From Candidatus Wallbacteria bacterium (GTDB lineage: Bacteria > Muiribacteriota > UBA9980): a stretch of 64,000 nucleotides of DNA. The notes under the pieces were generated by a model that ran no database searches, was not told the origin of the DNA, and was given only the letters and a program-made list of their open reading frames with translations. Position numbers and translations under genes: made by a program. Shown piece by piece: positions 57,761-64,000 of this stretch; position 1 is the stretch's first letter, and the number at the start of each line of letters is the position of its first letter. The stretch is taken from contig JASDSY010000010.1 of assembly GCA_041441465.1 (NCBI GenBank), forward strand, positions 105,883-169,882, written 5' to 3'.

Positions 57761-59602
57761 ATGTATGAAGACCCGCATAAAATCCTGCAGCAGCATTTCG
57801 GCTATTCTAAATTCAGGGATGGCCAGCAGGAAATAATTTCGGCGATTATTTCAGGGCGCGACGCTCTGGGAATAATGCCGACAGGCGCAGGAAAATCACT
57901 ATGTTTTCAAATTCCTGCGCTTATGTTCAAAGGAACCGTCATTGTTATTTCACCGCTTATTTCTCTTATGAAAGACCAGGTTGAAGCTCTCCGGCAGGCC
58001 GGGTTGCCGGCGGCATTCATTAACAGCACGCTCACGGGACGCGAACGCAAAGAAATAGAAAATGACGCTCTGGAAGGCAAGTACAAGTTAATTTACATGG
58101 CGCCGGAGCGGCTTGAAAATCCTGAATTTTTGAAATTCTTAAACGATATTTCGGTTTCAATGGTAACAGTCGATGAGGCGCACTGCGTATCGCAATGGGG
58201 CCATGATTTCCGCCCGAGTTATCTCAAAATACCCAATATGATTGAAATGTTAGCCCAAAAACCTATCATTTCAGCATTTACGGCAACCGCGACGCCTATA
58301 GTAAAAAATGATATCATGCAGCTGCTTAAGTTAAATAATCCCGTCACGGTAGTAACAGGTTTTGACCGAAAAAATTTATATTTCGAAGTGAACAAGCCTT
58401 CAAGCAAATCTGAATTCACGCTCGACTACGTCCGGAAGAATTCCGGCAAAAGCGGCATAATTTACTGCATTACGCGTAAATTAGTCGAAAGCGTATGCGA
58501 CATTTTAAATTCCAACGGCATCCCCGCCGTACGGTATCACGCAGGATTATCTCAGAAAGAAAGAAGCGAGGCGCAGGAAAAGTTCATTTTTGAAGACGCC
58601 GGAATAATCGTCGCCACTAATGCTTTCGGCATGGGTATCGATAAATCAAACGTCAGGTTCGTATTGCACTATAACATGCCTAAAAACATAGAAAGTTATT
58701 ATCAGGAAGCCGGCAGGGCCGGGCGCGACGGCGAAAAAGCAGAGTGCATATTGCTCTTTTCAGGCCAGGACATCATCATGAATAAATTTTTAATTGAAAA
58801 CAGCGACAGGGACAAAGAAAAAAGCGGAGGCGAGCGTTCCGATAAGAGCGGCGAACTGCGAAAACTTTCTCAAATGGTAGATTATTGTTCCACGACATCA
58901 TGCATAAGACGCTACGTACTGAATTATTTCGGCGAAAATCATACTTATGAAAGCTGCGGCAACTGCGGAAGCTGTTTAAGCGCCCCGGCGGAACTTACCG
59001 ACATGACCGAATGCTGCCGGAAAATACTTTCGTGCATAAAACTTATGGGCGAGCGTTTCGGCCGCACTTTCGTATCAGAGGTTTTGCGCGGCTCAAATCC
59101 CGAACGCTCCAGTGAATTCGGATTTAATAGACTTTCGGTATACGGCGCTTTAAAAGAATATTCACAGGATTTTATAAAAGACACCATCTCGGCGCTTGCG
59201 GATGCCGGATATATAAAAGTTGACAGCAGCCAGTATCAAACGCTTTCATTATCATTTAAAGCCCTTAACTCATTAAACACAGGCGAAAAAATATTAATAA
59301 AAGCCGCTGAAATTAAAAGTAAATCCAAAGCAAAGGCCAAAACTAAAACCGCGCCTCAAAGTGCCGGAGACAGCAATTTATTTGACAGGTTAAGGGCATT
59401 GCGACGCGATCTGGCTCTTAAGCAGCGAGTACCGCCTTATCTGATATTTTCAGATGCCGCATTAAACAGCATGTGCCAATTACTGCCTTCGACCGATGAA
59501 GATTTTTTAGAAGTCAACGGCGTGGGCAGGCGGAAGCTTGAACAATACGGCGAGATTTTTATGGATGAAATTAAGCAGTTTCAGGATTCAAAAAGAGGTT
59601 AG
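57761..59602 (+). CDS. recQ: ATP-dependent DNA helicase RecQ
   Basis: 613 aa; FGYSKFRDGQQEII start, Walker A MPTGAGKS, DEAH box VDEAHCVSQWGHDFRP, Zn-binding Cys cluster, C-terminal HRDC-like region. Confidence 0.85.
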   Translation: MYEDPHKILQQHFGYSKFRDGQQEIISAIISGRDALGIMPTGAGKSLCFQIPALMFKGTVIVISPLISLMKDQVEALRQAGLPAAFINSTLTGRERKEIENDALEGKYKLIYMAPERLENPEFLKFLNDISVSMVTVDEAHCVSQWGHDFRPSYLKIPNMIEMLAQKPIISAFTATATPIVKNDIMQLLKLNNPVTVVTGFDRKNLYFEVNKPSSKSEFTLDYVRKNSGKSGIIYCITRKLVESVCDILNSNGIPAVRYHAGLSQKERSEAQEKFIFEDAGIIVATNAFGMGIDKSNVRFVLHYNMPKNIESYYQEAGRAGRDGEKAECILLFSGQDIIMNKFLIENSDRDKEKSGGERSDKSGELRKLSQMVDYCSTTSCIRRYVLNYFGENHTYESCGNCGSCLSAPAELTDMTECCRKILSCIKLMGERFGRTFVSEVLRGSNPERSSEFGFNRLSVYGALKEYSQDFIKDTISALADAGYIKVDSSQYQTLSLSFKALNSLNTGEKILIKAAEIKSKSKAKAKTKTAPQSAGDSNLFDRLRALRRDLALKQRVPPYLIFSDAALNSMCQLLPSTDEDFLEVNGVGRRKLEQYGEIFMDEIKQFQDSKRG

Positions 59603-59610
59603 TGTGCCAG

Positions 59611-59730
59611 ATAATTTTTTCAGGGGACGCTGCTAAAAATCCATCCGGGATTTTTAACCGCTCGGTGCTCCGGCGCCTCTCACCCATCCATGGGTTCCGG
59701 CGCCTTCGCAACACCCCTGCAAAAATTTCT
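59611..59730 (+). repeat. structured intergenic element, copy B (copy A at 5445-5520)
   Basis: same blocks as copy A; closing helix cagggg/cccctg; extra nested hairpin ggcgcc-[cccat-cc-atggg]-ggcgcc inserted relative to copy A; begins 9 nt after the recQ stop. Confidence 0.5.
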
Positions 59731-60075
59731 GTCACACTGTTAAATATTCCGAAAAATAATTCACTTATCATCACTATTTCCACCTAAAGAATAAACTTTG
59801 TCTATCGTTATAATTTTTATCCCTAAAACGAACTTGTGAAAAATGTGGGTTCGCAATTGTTCCAGATTTAGAATGATAAATAAATTTATGCTAATATGAA
59901 GGATTAAGCAAAAGCCCCGCTGCCCGTTCTATTTCAATACTCTCTTATTCTCATCTCGCCGGGCGTTCGCAGAGCTTCGAAAAATAACATTAAATTATCA
60001 TAAACAATATAAACGCTACCATATCAACATTTTTTAAAAATCGATATTTTTTTATTTCAAATTTTAAAAAAATTG

Positions 60076-60084
60076 TGATATAAT
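60076..60084 (+). promoter_or_regulatory. extended -10 promoter element TGaTATAAT upstream of the PLD-SNF2 gene
   Basis: tgatataat 25 nt upstream of the ATG at 60109; RBS aaggag. Confidence 0.35.
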
Positions 60085-60108
60085 TTTTTTCAAGAAAAAG
60101 GAGCCTAT

Positions 60109-63100
60109 ATGCCTAAAATCTATGACAATATAGAAAATCAACTAACACGCGGATTAAACGAAACGCTTGAATTATCCAATAGAGCGGACTTTTGCGTTGG
60201 TTACTTCAATCTTAGAGGCTGGAAAGAAGTCGCAGAAAAGATTGAAAAACTTACCGGTTCTGAAATTCTTGAAGGAAAAAATGATGTTCACCGAATTTGT
60301 CGATTATTGGTCGGCATGCAAAAATTACCCGTTGATATACTACGTGAACATTTCGGCCAGGACGAAAATTACATAATTGACAACGCAGAAGCGGTTAAAA
60401 TCAGGAAACGATTAGCGCAAGAATTCAAAGATCAATTAACGATAGGCACACCTTCCGAATCTGATGAAAAAGCGTTACGTCTTCTAAGCAAACAAATGAA
60501 AGAAAACAAAGTAACCGTTAAGTTACACTTGCGTTATACGCTTCATGCTAAACTATATCTGGCTTACAGCGACGATAAACGCGTTCCCATAGTTGGTTTC
60601 CTTGGAAGCAGTAATCTTACGTTGGCCGGACTTGCCAGACAGGGTGAGCTAAATATTGATGTTATGGATCAGGACGCCGCCGGAAAGCTTGCCAAATGGT
60701 TTGACGACCGCTGGAGTGATCGGTGGTGTCTCGATATTACACAGGAACTTATTGAAATTATCGATAACAGTTGGGCCGCTGATAGGATTGTATCTCCGTA
60801 TCATATTTATCTGAAAATAGCATATCATCTTTCACGAGAAGCACGTGCAGGCATTAATGAATTTAAATTGCCTAAAGTTTTTCAAAGAGAATTACTTGAA
60901 TTTCAACAAAAAGCCGTTCTTGTTGCGGCACATCACCTTCATAAAAGGGGCGGCGTATTAATTGGCGATGTGGTTGGACTTGGAAAAACAATAACAGCTA
61001 CCGCGCTTGCAAAATTATTCGAAGATGATTTTTTTCTTGAAACGCTTATAATTTGTCCCAAAAATCTCGTTCCGATGTGGGAAGAATATGCTCACAAATA
61101 TCAAATTAGGGCTAAAATAATATCACAAAGTAAAGTTCAGAGTCTGCTTCCTAACATGAGACGATACAGACTTGTAATTATAGATGAAAGCCATAATCTT
61201 AGAAATGACGAAGGAAGTCGCTATCGCGCAATCAAATCATACCTTGAAGAAAATGAAAGCAAGGTTATTTTGCTATCTGCAACGCCATATAACAAATCAT
61301 ACCTTGATTTATCAAATCAACTGCGTCTTTTCATATCAGATGACAAAGATTTAGGAATAAGTCCTGAAAGATATATTGATGAAATTGGAGGACAGATTCA
61401 ATTTGGCGCAAAGCACACTGAAACGTTTATACGAAGCATTAAAGCATTTGAGAAAAGTCATTTTTCAGATGATTGGCGCGAACTTATGCGTTTATATTTA
61501 GTTAGACGTACAAGAAGCTTTATAAAAAACAACTACGCCGCAACCGATCCAGAAAATAATAGAAAGTATTTAACTTTCGCCGATGGCACTAAATCATATT
61601 TTCCCGACAGGCTTCCTCGAAGGGTTGAATATGCTTTTAATCCAGATGATCCCAAAGATCAATATGCCAAATTATATTCGCCTGAAATAGTTGACATAGT
61701 TAATTCACTAGAATTACCAAGATATGGATTGGGTAACTTTTTAACTCCCAATCCGATTATAAAACCTGACAAAAACGAAGAAGTAATAATTGAAAATCTT
61801 TCGCGAGCCGGAAAACGATTAATGGGTTTTTGTCGTACAAATCTTTTTAAAAGACTTGAAAGCAGCGGATATTCATTTCTTGTTTCACTTTGCCGTCATA
61901 TTTTACGCAATTATATTTTTATATTCGCGCTTCAGAATAAACTGCCAATTCCAATTGGAAATAATATATCGCAAAATTTAGATGAATTTCTCGAAGACAG
62001 CGATACTGACAACGACACCAGAGAAGAAAGGCAATTTAATTTTATACTTGACGAAAATGAATATTTAAAAAAAGCGGAAAATGTATATTACTCTATGTTA
62101 AATGAAAAGAACCGTTATGACTGGATAAAAAGTGAACTATTTATTTCATCACTTCAAAAAAAGCTAATTGACGATAGCCGTGAAATAATTAAAATATTAA
62201 AAAAGGGCTATAATTGGGCCCCTGAAGAAGACAGACAATTAAACGCGCTTCATCAACTTATTGCTAATACTCATGGCAATGAAAAGGTCCTTGTTTTCAC
62301 TCAGTTTGCCGATACCGCAAATTATCTTACAGACAATTTGAAAAAAAGAGGCGTCAAAAAAATCGAATGTGTAACCGGCGATTGTGAAAATCCAACACAT
62401 TTAGCGCATCGTTTCAGCCCAAGAAGCAATGGCAATAATGAAATAGCCAACACTTCCGACGAATTAAAAGTGCTTATTACAACTGATGTATTGAGCGAAG
62501 GGCAAAACTTGCAAGACGGCCACATAATTTTAAATTACGACCTTCCGTGGGCAATTATTCGTTTAATACAACGTGCGGGGCGTGTTGACCGAATAGGCCA
62601 GAAATCAGATAAAATAATTTGCTATTCATTTTTTCCAGAAGACGGCATCGAGCAAATAATTAACCTCAGAAGCAGGCTAAGAACACGCATTGAACAAAAC
62701 GCCGAAGTTGTCGGCTCGGATGAAACATTTTTCGACGGCGATCCTGTCAATCTTGAAGATTTATATAACGAACGTTCAGGAATTTTAGACGATGATGATG
62801 ACGACGGCGAAGTTGACCTTGCATCTTACGCTTATCAAATCTGGAAAAACGCTACCGACGCCGATCCATCGTTAAACAAAAAAATACCGGATTTGCCGAA
62901 TGTTATTTATTCAACTAAACAGAACAACAATAAGCCTGAAACCGAAGGTGTTATTTTATATACGCGAACTACGGATGAAAATGATGTATTGACATGGATT
63001 GATAAAAATGGAAAAATCATAACACAATCACAGCTGACTATTTTAAAAGCCGCTCAATGTCCTCCGGATGTGAAGGCTTTTTATAAAATAGAAAATCACC

Positions 63101-63474
63101 ACGACCTTGTAAAAAAAGGAATTGACTACATTCGCGAAGAAGAAAAAAATACTGGAACGTCATTGGGCAAAAAGACGGGTGTAAAGTATAGAGTTTATAT
63201 GCGTCTGGACAGATATTGCAAAGAAAACGAAGATACGCTATTCGTAACCGAGGAACTAAAGAAAGCCATTAATGACATTTATAAATTTCCGATGAAAGAA
63301 TTTGCGCGTGATACACTTAACAGACAATTGAAAGCCGGAATTTCTGATGAAATGCTTGCCGGGCTCGTTGTTTCACTGCGCGAAGATGATAAGCTGGTAA
63401 TAGTTAATGAAGATGAGATGCCAAACAGGCTTCCTCAAATTATTTGTTCACTTGGACTTAAAAATGGAGAATGA
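60109..63474 (+). CDS. PLD-like (HKD-type) nuclease domain fused to SNF2/DEXH-family helicase
   Basis: 1121 aa; N-terminal HKD-like segment HAKLYLAYSDD...GSSNLT; helicase motif I GDVVGLGKTITA, motif II LVIIDESHNLRN, helicase C motifs TDVLSEGQNLQD and QRAGRVDRIGQ. Confidence 0.8.
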   Translation: MPKIYDNIENQLTRGLNETLELSNRADFCVGYFNLRGWKEVAEKIEKLTGSEILEGKNDVHRICRLLVGMQKLPVDILREHFGQDENYIIDNAEAVKIRKRLAQEFKDQLTIGTPSESDEKALRLLSKQMKENKVTVKLHLRYTLHAKLYLAYSDDKRVPIVGFLGSSNLTLAGLARQGELNIDVMDQDAAGKLAKWFDDRWSDRWCLDITQELIEIIDNSWAADRIVSPYHIYLKIAYHLSREARAGINEFKLPKVFQRELLEFQQKAVLVAAHHLHKRGGVLIGDVVGLGKTITATALAKLFEDDFFLETLIICPKNLVPMWEEYAHKYQIRAKIISQSKVQSLLPNMRRYRLVIIDESHNLRNDEGSRYRAIKSYLEENESKVILLSATPYNKSYLDLSNQLRLFISDDKDLGISPERYIDEIGGQIQFGAKHTETFIRSIKAFEKSHFSDDWRELMRLYLVRRTRSFIKNNYAATDPENNRKYLTFADGTKSYFPDRLPRRVEYAFNPDDPKDQYAKLYSPEIVDIVNSLELPRYGLGNFLTPNPIIKPDKNEEVIIENLSRAGKRLMGFCRTNLFKRLESSGYSFLVSLCRHILRNYIFIFALQNKLPIPIGNNISQNLDEFLEDSDTDNDTREERQFNFILDENEYLKKAENVYYSMLNEKNRYDWIKSELFISSLQKKLIDDSREIIKILKKGYNWAPEEDRQLNALHQLIANTHGNEKVLVFTQFADTANYLTDNLKKRGVKKIECVTGDCENPTHLAHRFSPRSNGNNEIANTSDELKVLITTDVLSEGQNLQDGHIILNYDLPWAIIRLIQRAGRVDRIGQKSDKIICYSFFPEDGIEQIINLRSRLRTRIEQNAEVVGSDETFFDGDPVNLEDLYNERSGILDDDDDDGEVDLASYAYQIWKNATDADPSLNKKIPDLPNVIYSTKQNNNKPETEGVILYTRTTDENDVLTWIDKNGKIITQSQLTILKAAQCPPDVKAFYKIENHHDLVKKGIDYIREEEKNTGTSLGKKTGVKYRVYMRLDRYCKENEDTLFVTEELKKAINDIYKFPMKEFARDTLNRQLKAGISDEMLAGLVVSLREDDKLVIVNEDEMPNRLPQIICSLGLKNGE

Positions 63475-63476
63475 TA

Positions 63477-64000
63477 ATGGCAATTTCTAAAAATGAATTT
63501 TCACAATATATAAAAAAATTTGATTTTCGCGGATTATTCAACGAAATGGGATGGAATAACGACGATAAAAAATTTGCAATATCTTTACCCAAGAAAAATA
63601 CGTTTGTTTTATATACTGTAGGTGAAAAAAGCGGATTTAAAATATTCGTATGCAGCCCCACATCGGAAGGGAAAATCCCGGACTTTTCAATAAGAAGAAA
63701 AATCGAAACTGAAGTTACAAAACTTTTTCAAGAGCATCTTATTATTTTTCACGACACTAAAAAGCATGAGCAAGTGTGGCAATTGGTTGTCAGACAATCA
63801 GGCCAGCCGGCGAAAGTTACTGAAACACGCTACAACGTCAAACAGGACCCGGAACTTTTATATCAAAGAGCATCAGGCATTTTCTTCGAACTCGATGAAG
63901 AGGAAAAAATAACTATTGTTGATGTTACAAAAAGAGTCGCCGAAAATTTCAATCAAAATAATGAAAAAGTAACAAAACAATTTTATGACAAATTTAAAAA
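63477..64000 (+). CDS. 5'-partial ORF running off the window end; function unassigned
   Basis: ATG 3 nt after the helicase stop with ggag RBS; open for at least 174 codons (MAISKNEFSQYIKKFDFRGLFNEMGWNN...) with no stop before position 64000. Confidence 0.55.
   Translation, partial: MAISKNEFSQYIKKFDFRGLFNEMGWNNDDKKFAISLPKKNTFVLYTVGEKSGFKIFVCSPTSEGKIPDFSIRRKIETEVTKLFQEHLIIFHDTKKHEQVWQLVVRQSGQPAKVTETRYNVKQDPELLYQRASGIFFELDEEEKITIVDVTKRVAENFNQNNEKVTKQFYDKFK

Noticed and set aside
59835-59860. tRNA-like T-loop string gggttcgcaatt
   Set aside because: Does not fit the GTTCRANYC T-loop consensus, and no acceptor or anticodon stems could be built around it.
60109-63474. Assigning the PLD-SNF2 gene to a named system (Zorya ZorD, DISARM DrmD/DrmC)
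   Set aside because: The required partner genes are not present in the visible upstream context and the downstream context is cut off. Naming a system would be a guess, so it is reported only as a candidate defence-type module.

Overview
AT-rich bacterial chromosomal segment with about 48 densely packed protein-coding genes. I recognised no rRNA, tRNA, CRISPR array or IS element by eye. Gene content suggests an anaerobe (aldehyde:ferredoxin oxidoreductase with MoaA, radical SAM enzymes, ThyX). Main blocks, in order: (1) a YgeW-type carbamoyltransferase, M20 peptidase and carbamate kinase trio (1371-5015); (2) a 650-bp intergenic region packed with GC-rich hairpins (5016-5673); (3) a radical SAM/SPASM enzyme flanked by a Cys-containing membrane protein and two tandem paralogous secreted proteins, each with its own consensus promoter (6437-9749); (4) a GldA/F/G-like ABC operon with a DUF4340-like gene (10003-14831, minus); (5) a PAS-containing sigma54 activator followed by a cheA-cheW-mcp-cheR-cheB operon (15189-24525); (6) a C11 peptidase and adenine deaminase; (7) a PhnD-like tandem binding protein, FecR-domain protein and CHASE2 nucleotide cyclase module (28207-33152); (8) split transketolase, L31, ThyX and a TrmN6-like methyltransferase; (9) Wzz-like protein, AOR, a large secreted protein, MoaA and an epimerase; (10) a minus-strand block of secreted/membrane proteins including a 1425-aa Ig-like repeat protein; (11) MeaB-like GTPase, cupin and RecQ; (12) a 1121-aa PLD-like/SNF2 helicase fusion followed by an ORF that runs off the window end. 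The two things I would look at first are the PLD-SNF2 locus at the 3' edge (candidate defence-type module, partner truncated) and a structured intergenic element present in two copies (near 5445 and 59611) with base-pair-compatible differences. All calls rest on reading the ORF translations and the DNA by eye; no database search was run, so family names are recognition from motifs and remain to be confirmed.
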